A stretch of DNA of 64,000 nt from an uncultured Prevotella sp. (GTDB lineage Bacteria > Bacteroidota > Bacteroidia > Bacteroidales > Bacteroidaceae). Position 1 is the first letter of the stretch, and each line of letters starts with the position of its first letter. The notes under the pieces are model-generated. The model made no database searches, was not told the DNA's origin, and saw nothing but the letters and a program-made list of their open reading frames with translations. Of the stretch, positions 50,232-59,966 are shown piece after piece. The stretch lies in NCBI GenBank assembly GCA_902476365.1, contig CABSCZ010000005.1:7009-71008 (forward strand), given 5' to 3'. Both the position numbers and the translations under genes were made by a program.

Positions 50232-52052
50232 ATGATACATAGATTATCTTCTATCATATTTACATTCTTAATGATGATTCCTGCTCATGCAGGAAGAATA
50301 AACATCATTCCACAACCATTGAAAGTCGTTGAGTACGAGGGGGAATTTAGGATTAATGCCAATACTCGCATTGTCGTGCCTAATGATAATGATGTAAAAC
50401 GCGTGGCTGGTTATTTGGTAAAGGCATTGCGACAAACTGCTGGATATACGCTATCTATTGTGGGAGATCCACCTGTTAGTAATTATATCCATTTCAAAAA
50501 AGTAAATAATTTGGGGAAAGAAGCATATCGCCTAAAAGTATCATCCAAGTCTATCGTGATAGAAAGTAGCCAGGCTAATGGGGCGTTTTATGGATTGCAG
50601 TCTCTTTATCAACTTTTGCCACCGGACATCTTTGGCTTAAAGATATCAAAAGTGGTATTTTCTGTTCCATGCTGCCAGATTGACGACAAGCCCAGGTTCA
50701 TTTGGCGAGGTCAACATCTTGATGTATGCAGTCATTTCTTTTCTCCACAAGATATTAAACGCTATATAGACTTGATTGCACTACACAAGGGGAACATCTT
50801 TCATTGGCATCTTACAGAAGATCAAGGATGGAGATTACAAATCATGAAATACCCTTTGTTGACAGAAAAAGGCTCAATCAGAAAAGAGACTGTAGTAGGC
50901 TCTTATAAGTCTAAAATCTTTGATGGTATTCCTTACGGAGGATATTATACACAGGAAGAGATACGAGACATCGTCAAATACGCATCCGATCGATTCGTCA
51001 CCATTATACCTGAGATTGAGATGCCGGGACATGCTTTATCTGCGATCGCTTGCTATCCGGAACTATCTTGCCAGTTGGAAAACAAATATGAAGTAGGAAC
51101 TCGATGGGGCATTTATCGACAAGTGTACTGTCCAAAAGAAGAAACATTCTCGTTTTTAGAGAATGTCTTGTTGGAGGTTTTTAAGCTATTCCCTTCTAAG
51201 ATTATACATATTGGCGGCGATGAATGTCCTAAAAGCAGTTGGAAAAAATGTCCACATTGCCAGGCCTTGATCAAGAAACTTGGATTAAAGAACGAAGATG
51301 AACTACAAAGTTACTTCATTAAGCGCATAGAAAAATTTGCCAATGAGCATGGGCATGAGATTATAGGCTGGGATGAGATCTTGCAAGGTGGAATAGCTCC
51401 AAACGCTAAGGTCATGACTTGGCTGGAAGAACAAGGTGGAATCACTGCAGCTAAAATGCACCATGAGGTAGTAATGACACCCTACTCAAAATATTATCTT
51501 GATTACTATCAAGCAGATCCTGAAACAGAACAGATCTGCATGGGGGACTTGACGACGTTAAAGACAATGTATGATTATGAGCCTGTACCTGATTCTCTAA
51601 GCAAAGAAGACCAAGACTATATTATTGGCGTCCAAGGTTGTGTCTGGACTGAATATATGAAAGATATGAAGAGAGTAGAATATATGGCTTATCCGAGGGC
51701 ATGCGCTATTAGTGAATCAGCCTGGAGTAGTAAGGAAAACAAGGACTGGAAAAGCTTCATCCACCGTCTCGAATATCATTTCCACCGTCTTGACAATTTA
51801 AATGTCAACTATTGCCATGCTTTCTACAATGTCCAAATAGAGGCTTACAAGGATGATGCTTGGGATAAGGTCATTGTGATGAATGTAGATGCACCCGACT
51901 CAGAAATCAGATATACTCTTGATGGAAGTACTCCAACATCCTCTTCAACCTTATATACTTCGCCATTTACCATTAACAAGTCCCAGGTTGTCAAGGCTAT
52001 AGCTTTCCGTAAGGGGCATGCATTGGGTAAGATCATGCAAAAAAGCTTCTAA
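50232..52052 (+). CDS. GH20 beta-N-acetylhexosaminidase, secreted (tandem paralog)
   Basis: GH20 motifs FIWRGQHLDVCSHF, IFHWHLTEDQGWRLQ and GGDE are present. It is collinear with the preceding gene. Confidence 0.9.
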   Translation: MIHRLSSIIFTFLMMIPAHAGRINIIPQPLKVVEYEGEFRINANTRIVVPNDNDVKRVAGYLVKALRQTAGYTLSIVGDPPVSNYIHFKKVNNLGKEAYRLKVSSKSIVIESSQANGAFYGLQSLYQLLPPDIFGLKISKVVFSVPCCQIDDKPRFIWRGQHLDVCSHFFSPQDIKRYIDLIALHKGNIFHWHLTEDQGWRLQIMKYPLLTEKGSIRKETVVGSYKSKIFDGIPYGGYYTQEEIRDIVKYASDRFVTIIPEIEMPGHALSAIACYPELSCQLENKYEVGTRWGIYRQVYCPKEETFSFLENVLLEVFKLFPSKIIHIGGDECPKSSWKKCPHCQALIKKLGLKNEDELQSYFIKRIEKFANEHGHEIIGWDEILQGGIAPNAKVMTWLEEQGGITAAKMHHEVVMTPYSKYYLDYYQADPETEQICMGDLTTLKTMYDYEPVPDSLSKEDQDYIIGVQGCVWTEYMKDMKRVEYMAYPRACAISESAWSSKENKDWKSFIHRLEYHFHRLDNLNVNYCHAFYNVQIEAYKDDAWDKVIVMNVDAPDSEIRYTLDGSTPTSSSTLYTSPFTINKSQVVKAIAFRKGHALGKIMQKSF

Positions 52053-52134
52053 CGTTTTGTCAATGTACAATGCTTTCTTTCTGTCTAAGAAGAAAAATAA
52101 ATAATACTCAATAACAATTTATAGAAATAATCAT

Positions 52135-52968
52135 ATGATGACATTAAGATTAACAGAACAACCTTCCAAGTATCGGCACTTGGAAAAAAAATCAGTAGAT
52201 GAACTGGTAACATTAATCAATCAAGAAGATCAAACTGTTCCTTTAGCTATTCAAAAGGTCCTTCCAGACCTTGCAAGGCTGATTGAAGCTATTGAAGAGA
52301 AACTAAAGAATGGGGGCAGAATGTTCTATTGCGGATGTGGAACTGGAGGACATTTAGCAGTTGATGATGTCCTGGAGTTACCAAACACTTATGGCATTGA
52401 TCCGGAAATGATACAATGCGTTCTTGCTGGGGGAGTAGAGAACTTGGTCCTTGATTTAGAAGAAAAGGAAGACGACACAGAAGAAGGATGGCAAACCTTG
52501 AAAAGTAAGCATATCTCCGAGCAGGATATAGTAGTTGGAATTTCGGCGAGTGGAACTACTCCGTATGTATTGGCCACACTCAAAAAATGCAAAGAAAATG
52601 GTATTACAACTGGATCGTTTGTCAATAATCCTGATGCCCCAATATCTAAATATAGCGACTATCCTGTAGAAGTCATTACAGGACCAGAGTTCGTCACAGG
52701 TAGCACCCGTATGAAAGCTGGGACTTCCCAGAAACTCATCTGTGACATGATCTCTACTACCTTGATGATCAGACTCGGTCGCGTGGAAGATAATATGATG
52801 GTCAATGCAAATTTGATTAATGACAAAGTAATTGATCGCTCTGTCAGGATGCTTATGGAGCGCAATCCAGAACTATCAGACTATGACTACTGTAAGAAAA
52901 TGATAGAGAAATGTGGCAGTGTAAAAAAGACTGAAGCATACTTGAAACAACAACAAATTATCAAATGA
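52135..52968 (+). CDS. murQ: MurQ-like SIS-domain sugar-phosphate etherase (second, divergent copy)
   Basis: It aligns with the first copy at 11069..11884 ([29 protein letters not shown]). The glycine-rich motif differs: [24 protein letters not shown] versus [24 protein letters not shown]. Confidence 0.7.
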   Translation: [277 protein letters not shown]

Positions 52969-53813
52969 AACTAATTGCAGACAGCGGATCGACAAAGACA
53001 GATTGGGCATGTTTACAGCATGACAAAACCTGCATTCGTTTTACGAGTGCAGGTTATAATCCCAATTATATCACGGCAGAGTACATGTCAAAAGATATCC
53101 AAAATTCCTTGCCTCTTTGCATGAATAAGGCAGAAATAACAGAGATATATTTCTATGGAGCAGGTGTAACAGAATTACAATTTCCATTTGTTCGCTCTGT
53201 GCTCCATGGCATTTTTCCAAATGCAAGCACTATCTTTGTTGAAATGGACTTATTGGCAAGTGCCCGTGCTTTGTTAGGTGACCGTCCTGGATTTGCAGCA
53301 ATTCTTGGTACTGGAACAAACAGTTGTCTCTATGATGGTCAAAAAATAGCTCTCAACATTGATTCTTTAGGATTTATTTTGGGGGATGAAGGGAGTGGAG
53401 CCTATATGGGCAAACAATTAATGATTGATTATATCCGACATAACATGCCCAATGATGTCTGGAAAATGGTTGCTGATTATGTTAAGATGAGTGGTGATGA
53501 AATCATTGATCAGATATATACGAAGCCGTATCCAAATAGATGGTGTGCTCATTTTAGCAAGTTTATAGGAGATCATCTTCAGGATGAAAATCCCTATTTT
53601 AGAAATCTTGTTGAAAGATCGTTTTATGATCTTTTTGAAAAGATTATCACGCATTATCCAAACTATCAAGCCTATGAGTTCAATTGTGTAGGATCAATTG
53701 CCTATTGTTTTCATGACTACTTGGAAAAGGTGGTTTCTTCTTTTGGCATGAAAATGGGAAAGATTATAAGATATCCTATTGATGGTTTAGTAGACTACCA
53801 CAGTATTCATTAA
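52965..53813 (+). CDS. murK: BadF/BadG/BcrA/BcrD-type MurNAc/GlcNAc kinase-like (second copy)
   Basis: Motifs MKLIADSGSTKTDW and ILGTGTNSC are present. It is collinear with the first copy at 11896..12741. The start overlaps the murQ2 stop (ATGA). Confidence 0.7.
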   Translation: MKLIADSGSTKTDWACLQHDKTCIRFTSAGYNPNYITAEYMSKDIQNSLPLCMNKAEITEIYFYGAGVTELQFPFVRSVLHGIFPNASTIFVEMDLLASARALLGDRPGFAAILGTGTNSCLYDGQKIALNIDSLGFILGDEGSGAYMGKQLMIDYIRHNMPNDVWKMVADYVKMSGDEIIDQIYTKPYPNRWCAHFSKFIGDHLQDENPYFRNLVERSFYDLFEKIITHYPNYQAYEFNCVGSIAYCFHDYLEKVVSSFGMKMGKIIRYPIDGLVDYHSIH

Positions 53814-53829
53814 TAAAAAATGCTAAGAA

Positions 53830-55050
53830 ATGAGAACCAATTCATATCTGATACCTTTGATTTATATTGGTGCCATGTTTTTTACCGTGGGCTTTACCCT
53901 TGGCATTAACAGTTATCTGATACCACTCCTTCAGACAGCCTTAAAAATATCATCTGGATACTCTTATTTAGTATTGGCGGCAAATTTCTCTGCATTCCTT
54001 GCATTTTCATATCCAGCAACTCTTGTCATAAAAAAAGTTGGATACAAGCGAACGATGGCACTATCATTCTTATGCTTTTCCATTGCCTTCCTTCTCTTTA
54101 TTCCTTCAGCTTTCATGAAATCGTTCAGTTTGTTTCTGATAGCTTCTTTTATCAGTGGAACAGCAAATGCCATCTTACAATCTGCTATCAATCCTTATGT
54201 CACAATTCTGGGACCTATAGAAAGTGCAGCTCGGAGAATGAGCTTAATGGGATGCTGTAATGCTCTTGCTTGGTCAATAGCCCCCATTGCTTTAACTTGG
54301 ATGATAGGAAAGCCTTTGCAAGATGTAGGACTGATGGATATAAAGCGTCCTTTTGCATTAATAGCTTTCTTTTCTATCGGCATGGCAATCGTCATGCTAA
54401 AGTCCCCTCTCCAAGAAATTAAGGCTACCGGTGAAGAAAACATAGAAGATTGTCCTTATGCCGCCAATAAAACAAGTATTTGGCAGTTTCCTCACTTGAT
54501 ATTAGGAGGGATAACGTTGTTTCTTTATGTTGGTGTTGAGACTGTGGCGGATGCTACGACTGTAGACTATGCCAACAGTTTAGGACTTGCCGACCCAACT
54601 CATTATTCCATTTACCCCAGTTTGGGTATGGTAACAGGATATATTGGCGGTATTGTATTGATTCCCAAGTATCTCTCACAAATCAATGCGTTGAGGATTT
54701 GTTCCGCCATTGCTATTATTGGCTCCTTGTTCGTTATATTTTTGCCTGCGAACATATCCATTTATTGTGTCTATTTCATTTCCTTAGGATGTTCTTTAAT
54801 GTATCCATCCATTTGGCCATTGGCTTTGACTGATTTAGGAAAGTTTACCAAAACAGGTTCAGCGATTCTAGTTACGAGTATTGTAGGTGGAGCTGTTATT
54901 CCAACGCTTTTTGGGTTTCTAAAAGACGCTTATGGTAATCAGCATGCTTATTGGATATGCATTCCTTGCTTTATAGCTGTTATGTTGTATGCTTTTGTAG
55001 GATGTAAGATCCGTATAAAGTCTCAGTCATATAAAATCAAAAATCAATGA
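53830..55050 (+). CDS. MFS sugar permease (glucose/galactose-FucP-NagP-like subfamily)
   Basis: 406 aa with about 12 predicted TM segments. It is unrelated to the AmpG-like permease at 12745..14091. The stop overlaps the next gene's start. Confidence 0.7.
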   Translation: MRTNSYLIPLIYIGAMFFTVGFTLGINSYLIPLLQTALKISSGYSYLVLAANFSAFLAFSYPATLVIKKVGYKRTMALSFLCFSIAFLLFIPSAFMKSFSLFLIASFISGTANAILQSAINPYVTILGPIESAARRMSLMGCCNALAWSIAPIALTWMIGKPLQDVGLMDIKRPFALIAFFSIGMAIVMLKSPLQEIKATGEENIEDCPYAANKTSIWQFPHLILGGITLFLYVGVETVADATTVDYANSLGLADPTHYSIYPSLGMVTGYIGGIVLIPKYLSQINALRICSAIAIIGSLFVIFLPANISIYCVYFISLGCSLMYPSIWPLALTDLGKFTKTGSAILVTSIVGGAVIPTLFGFLKDAYGNQHAYWICIPCFIAVMLYAFVGCKIRIKSQSYKIKNQ

Positions 55051-56255
55051 AATTTCTAAATTTATTATTTCTATTAGTGATGTTCTTTGTCTCCATCAGG
55101 GGCAATGCCTGTACGTCTGCTATCATATCCGGGAGATTGACTGCAGACGGAAGACCTATATTATGGAAGTCGCGAGATACAGAAACATGGGCAAACAGTA
55201 TTGGATATTATCAAGGGACTAAGTATCGATATGTGGCTATTGTTGATAGCAAGGAATATGCAAGTCCCCATGAAGTATGGGGCGGGACTAATGAAGCAGG
55301 TTTCTCTATTATTAATACTTTATCCTATAATCTAACAGAAGACAAAGAAAGTAAGGACTGGCATCATAATGGCATCATCATGAAAATGGCATTGGAGACT
55401 TGTGCTACCGTTGCTGAGTTTAAACATTTATTGGACACGCTCTCCCGCCCTATGCATGTTGCGACTAATTATGGGGTCATTGACGCAAAGGGTGGAGCTG
55501 CATACTTTGAGGTTGGATCTGCTCATTATACTTTTTGGGATGTCAATCGGTCTGAAGAAGGTTTCCTCGTACGAACGAATTTTTCCTTCAGTGGGAAAGA
55601 GGATCATGGGTTGGGCTATGTCCGTTATAATGAGGCATATCATCAAATTCGCCTGAAAAGCGTATCTCAAAATATTACGCCTCAATGGCTTCTTCAAAAA
55701 CTATCCCGTTCTTTCCGTAATCCTCTCATGGGCATTGATTTAACAAGTGGTCATTACAATTCGCCCCAGACCAAAGGATGGTTTGTCGAGCAAGACTTTA
55801 TCGCCCGCAGGACATCTTCATGTGCTGTTGCCATCCAAGGGGTGAAGCCGACAGAAAGCCCAGAATTAACTACGATCTGGGTAGTATTGGGATATCCACC
55901 TGTCACACCTGCAGTTCCAGTATGGGTGAAAGATGCATACCTAATCCCGCAAATCTTAGGATATAGCGATGATATAAAGACTTCGTTTTCATCCTGGAGA
56001 GCTCACCAATTACAGCAAAAGGTGTATTCTTATCATTCAGGAGATGATGCTAACCGTTACTTTCATTGGGATCTGCTTTGGCGACCAGATGGAACCGGAC
56101 TTCTTCAGAAGAATGAAACCTATGAGAAAGATATGATGAAAACATATGAGCCCGTTGTCAAGGCGATGTATTCCAACGGTAAATTGGATATCGAAAAAGT
56201 GAAAAAAATATATGAATACGTTGATAAAGAGCTATGGAAGGGCATGGAGCGATGA
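55047..56255 (+). CDS. secreted N-terminal-Cys Ntn hydrolase, C69-dipeptidase-like (CBAH/acid-ceramidase superfamily cannot be excluded)
   Basis: The signal peptide ends ...SIRGNA|CTSAIISG. Post-Cys pattern TADGRPILWKSRD resembles the C69 pattern C-T-T-I-L-V-G-K-x-A-S-x-D-G-S-x-x-x-A-R-N-E-D. Confidence 0.5.
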   Translation: MKFLNLLFLLVMFFVSIRGNACTSAIISGRLTADGRPILWKSRDTETWANSIGYYQGTKYRYVAIVDSKEYASPHEVWGGTNEAGFSIINTLSYNLTEDKESKDWHHNGIIMKMALETCATVAEFKHLLDTLSRPMHVATNYGVIDAKGGAAYFEVGSAHYTFWDVNRSEEGFLVRTNFSFSGKEDHGLGYVRYNEAYHQIRLKSVSQNITPQWLLQKLSRSFRNPLMGIDLTSGHYNSPQTKGWFVEQDFIARRTSSCAVAIQGVKPTESPELTTIWVVLGYPPVTPAVPVWVKDAYLIPQILGYSDDIKTSFSSWRAHQLQQKVYSYHSGDDANRYFHWDLLWRPDGTGLLQKNETYEKDMMKTYEPVVKAMYSNGKLDIEKVKKIYEYVDKELWKGMER

Positions 56256-57682
56256 GACATAATTCTTTGAATGACAATTTTCGATCATATATACTTGTTG
56301 CATTTCTAATCTTATCATTTACAATGCAAGGGCAGACATTAAAAGGAGGTATTTCCTTTAAGATGTTGCGACAAATAGAGAATGCCCAGCCCAAAAGCCC
56401 TACACTGAAGGGTCTTCAGCATTCAATGGCATCCAACAATATTGACAGCCTTGCCCTAAACGCTTCTCGTTTGGAGCAAACAAATCCCCATTTTATGTAT
56501 GAAACCGTAAAACAGAATATCCAAAATCAATATGAGAGTGGACGCTGCTGGTGCTTTACTGGACTAAATGTGCTCAGGGGCGCTTTTGCCAAAGCACACC
56601 AGGATACAATGACCGTAGAATATTCTCGTGCTTACTTGTACTTTTATGACCAATTGGAAAAGTCCAACTTGATGCTTCAAGGTTGCATCGATACCGCCTA
56701 TAAACCAATGGATGATACTCGTGTTACATTCTTTTTTAAGAAGCCTCTTCATGATGGCGGTACATTCTGTGGCATCATTGACTTGATTCGCAAATATGGT
56801 CTTGTTCCTGCCTCTGCACAGCAAGAAACCTATCAAGCAAATCACAATAAAAAGATCACGCAGCTATTAAATAGGAAATTACGGATGTTTGGACTCGAAT
56901 TACGCAGGATGGTCCATGAAGGGCAAACAGAAACATCCATCACTAAGCGAAAGACAGAGATGTTAGGAATAGTCTACAATATGCTTTCTTTAGCTGTAGG
57001 AACTCCTGTGAAGCATTTCAAATATGCCTTTAAAAATGCACAAGGCCAACCGGTAACACAGGAAAGAGAATATACTCCTATGACGTTTTATAAGGCGACC
57101 ATAGGAGAGTTGAATTATGATGATTACATTATGGTAATGAATGATCCTCGGCGACCATATTACAAGACCTACAAGGTTCTATATGCACGCCATCTCTATG
57201 ATGGACATGACTGGAAATATCTTAACCTCCCAATGAAAGACATTGAAACTATAGCCGTTGCAAGTATCAAAGATGGTATAAAGATGTATAGTTCTTATGA
57301 TTCCGAGAAACAACGTAATAACAGTACTGCTTATTGTGATTTAGACAATTATAATTACGACAGTCTTTTCGGAACTTCCTTCCAGATGAGCAAGGCTGAT
57401 CGTATCTCTACCTATGATAGTGGCTCAACCCATGCTATGGCATTGACTGCTGTTGACCTCGATGCACAGGAGAACCCTATAAGATGGAAAGCAGAAAACA
57501 CCTTTGGCCCTGGCTTCGGCGTCAATGGAGGATATGTTATTATGAGTAACCGATGGTTTGAAGCATATATGTTTCGTTTGGTAGCCTTGAAAAAATATGC
57601 CCCAACATCCTTAGTAAAGGCATACGAGCAAGAACCTACTGGGGTCTATCCTGAAGATCCATTGTTTGGGGAAGATCGATGA
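56252..57682 (+). CDS. pepC: aminopeptidase C / bleomycin hydrolase (peptidase C1B), secreted
   Basis: Active-site motif QNQYESGRCWCFTGLN. ATG at 56252 gives a signal (MRHNSLNDNFRSYILVAFLILSFTMQGQ). It overlaps the upstream stop by 4 nt. Confidence 0.8.
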   Translation: MRHNSLNDNFRSYILVAFLILSFTMQGQTLKGGISFKMLRQIENAQPKSPTLKGLQHSMASNNIDSLALNASRLEQTNPHFMYETVKQNIQNQYESGRCWCFTGLNVLRGAFAKAHQDTMTVEYSRAYLYFYDQLEKSNLMLQGCIDTAYKPMDDTRVTFFFKKPLHDGGTFCGIIDLIRKYGLVPASAQQETYQANHNKKITQLLNRKLRMFGLELRRMVHEGQTETSITKRKTEMLGIVYNMLSLAVGTPVKHFKYAFKNAQGQPVTQEREYTPMTFYKATIGELNYDDYIMVMNDPRRPYYKTYKVLYARHLYDGHDWKYLNLPMKDIETIAVASIKDGIKMYSSYDSEKQRNNSTAYCDLDNYNYDSLFGTSFQMSKADRISTYDSGSTHAMALTAVDLDAQENPIRWKAENTFGPGFGVNGGYVIMSNRWFEAYMFRLVALKKYAPTSLVKAYEQEPTGVYPEDPLFGEDR

Positions 57683-57793
57683 AGGATAATGGCGTGTACA
57701 TCACAGGCTATGATGATTGGCTTGAGACCGGTGAAAAACTTATTGTCGCGGTAGCAGAATCCAATCTGGATTTGTACATGAGATTTTTTATCC

Positions 57794-58294
57794 TATAGGT
57801 TGACAGGTTGTCAAATCCCAGTGTTTATCGGGCTTGCAACCTGATTTTAGGTTGTCAAAGGTTGACACGAGGTTGACAGAAAAAGCACATCTTCCGCTAA
57901 ATTCTCGAGAGAATTTATTGGACCACTTATGCTTTTGCTTTGCAATACATCCACGATTGGATAAAATTCTCTCGAGAATTTTGCATGATAGCTTTACATT
58001 TTATATACTGATCATGATATGGATTGACATGGAACGTTTTCGTTCAGCCAAATGAGCAGAGCCAAGCTTGGGACTCTACCATGGCGAGAAAATGTGCGCG
58101 AAAGCGAGCAACTGAAAATGCGGTGCATGTATCGCTCCGTGAGACGCAAAGGGCATGAATGAAGGAGGAGCATACAGCCCCATAGATGCTATGCCGTGGA
58201 AGAAAATGACGAGTGAAGTTGGCAACCTCGTGGCAACCTTTGACAACCTAAAATCAGGTTGCAAGCCCGATAAACGCTGGGATTTGACAACCTG
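57794..58294. mobile_element. MITE-like element / possible invertible segment: ~335 bp core flanked by ~84 bp near-perfect terminal inverted repeats
   Basis: The left inverted repeat is 57794-57877. The right inverted repeat is 58213-58294; its reverse complement matches the left at about 80 of 84 positions. Both repeats contain nested GGTTGTCAAA / GGTTGACA subrepeats and an internal palindrome (GGTTGTCAAATCCC...GGGCTTGCAACC). The core also has a palindromic pair AAATTCTCGAGAGAATTT / AAATTCTCTCGAGAATTT. Confidence 0.6.
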
Positions 58295-58426
58295 CCAACC
58301 TATTTACAAAAAAATCACTATGGACTATAAAATTGTCCAAGAAAAGAAACCTACATGGAAGATCTTTGGTTAGAAAAAAGCACCTACAATTTGCGTTTTC
58401 CACCTACTCGATTAAACAATACGAAA

Positions 58427-58456
58427 AAGAGGATGCATCAGGATTTTGACGCATCC
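58427..58456 (-). terminator. rho-independent terminator downstream of the sulfatase operon
   Basis: Stem GAGGATGC/GCATCCTC extends to ~11 bp with one mismatch. Loop GGATTT. The - strand T-run is CTCTTTTTCG. The stem sequence is the same as in the 5563..5598 terminator. Confidence 0.5.
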
Positions 58457-58483
58457 TCATTGTCAGCTAAGAAATAATCTTTT

Positions 58484-59966
58484 CTATTTGGACAATTCGA
58501 GCATAGGGACATCTCTCATCAGTTGTTTTTGTAAACGTGCTGCAACATTCGGATAAGAAATCACCATATTATGCAATTCAGATGGATCCGTGCTAAGGTC
58601 ATAAAGTTCTGGTCCCATCCTCCCTTGATGTGGGATAAATTTCCAAAAACCTGACCTCACTGCTATCTTACCACCATTATTCTGCGTGAGGACATAATCG
58701 CGATATAAAGGCGCATTTTCTTTCAAAAACAAAGCTGAGCCATCGCGACTATCTTGGCATTCCTCTTCTGTGATCGGTAAGTCCAAAAGCCTTGCTAATG
58801 TCGCTAACATGTCAATATAACAATAGTTCTGCCGCTGTATAAAATGACGTTGTATACATTTTGGCCATGAGACGATGAATGGCATTCGCGTTCCGCCTTC
58901 ATATAAAGAGTACTTCTCTCCATGTAAGCCTCCATAAGGGTCATGATGGTTAATATGTTCAAGAGCCCCATCCTCATAACCTTCCTTAACCATAGGACCA
59001 TTATCACTTGTGACTATAATAAGAGTGTTATCTAATATACCTTGTTCCTTCAAAGCTTTGACTATTTCCCCTACACAATAGTCAAATTCTTCTATAACAT
59101 CCCCATAGATACCAGCTTTTGATTTTCCACGGAAACATTTTGATGGCACTCGAGGTTCGTGTGCATTATTTGTAGCATAGTAAAGAAAAAAAGGAGAATG
59201 CACATGCTGACAAATATATTTTTTAGCTTTATCAAGTAAGGCCTCTGACATTTTTTCATCTTTCCAGAAAGCACTTATGCCACCATCTTGCCACCCTATA
59301 CGACTAATTCCATTAACAATAGTAGCATCATGTCCCAAATGAGGTTTAATCTTCAAAAGATCCGGTCTACAACGCCCCGTGGGCATATCGCCTATCTTAT
59401 GGCGGTAGGATACCAAGAGAGAGTCACCTTTTCTAAGTCGATCTACATGTGTGTTTTCTATAAAGACACAAGGAACACGATCATTCGTTGCTGGAAAATA
59501 ATAAGCATAACTAAATCCTATAGATAAAGGACCAGTGCCTATATATCCATTAAAATCTACAGGTCTTTCTTTTGTACCTAATCCCAAATGCCATTTGCCT
59601 ACAATAGCAGTGATATCCATTTCGTTTCATCAGAGAAGGCAAAGTAATTTTGGCAGTATCAATGCATAATGGCGCATCTGCAGGTAGTATTCCAACTTGC
59701 TTGCGCCAAGCATATTCACCAGTAAGCAAAGCATAGCGCGATGGAGACGAGGTAGAAGCTGGCGCATAGCAATTCGTGAAGCGAACCCCATGAGAAGCAA
59801 TAGAATCTATTGACGGCGTATTAATAAGATGTGCACCATAACAGCCGAGATCACCATATCCAATGTCATCGCCCAAAATAATAATAACATTGGGATGTTT
59901 ATAATTGTGAGCTGTAACTGTCTGCCTATTAGCATGGAAAATAGATATGAGGCAGTTAATATTTGA
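58484..59966 (-). pseudogene. S1-family sulfatase, disrupted (internal frameshift, no start codon or signal peptide)
   Basis: The C-terminal 378 aa ORF (58484..59620) and the N-terminal fragment (59550..59876, carrying Ser-type CYAPASTSSPSRYALLTG) overlap in different frames. Upstream in frame the mature N-terminus KHPNVIIILGDDIGYGDL is reached, then a stop at 59967-59969 with no Met or signal peptide. Confidence 0.6.

Noticed and set aside
57834-58264. Two mirrored small ORFs (57834..58055 + and 58076..58264 -), both starting MQPDFRLSKV.
   Set aside because: The shared N-terminus is an artefact of translating the two terminal inverted repeats of the element. They have no other coding features.
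57794-58294. Inverted-repeat element as a Bacteroides-type invertible promoter.
   Set aside because: Not adopted as the primary call. Both flanking genes converge on the element, so there is no downstream gene for a switchable promoter. The repeats are much longer than typical 15-30 bp fimbrial or capsule switch repeats. No TAnnTTTG box was seen in the core. It is kept as an alternative under the MITE-like call.
59550-59876. 108 aa sulfatase N-terminal fragment as an independent small gene.
   Set aside because: It is in a different frame from the contiguous C-terminal sulfatase ORF and lacks an ATG and signal peptide. It is best explained as part of a frameshifted pseudogene.
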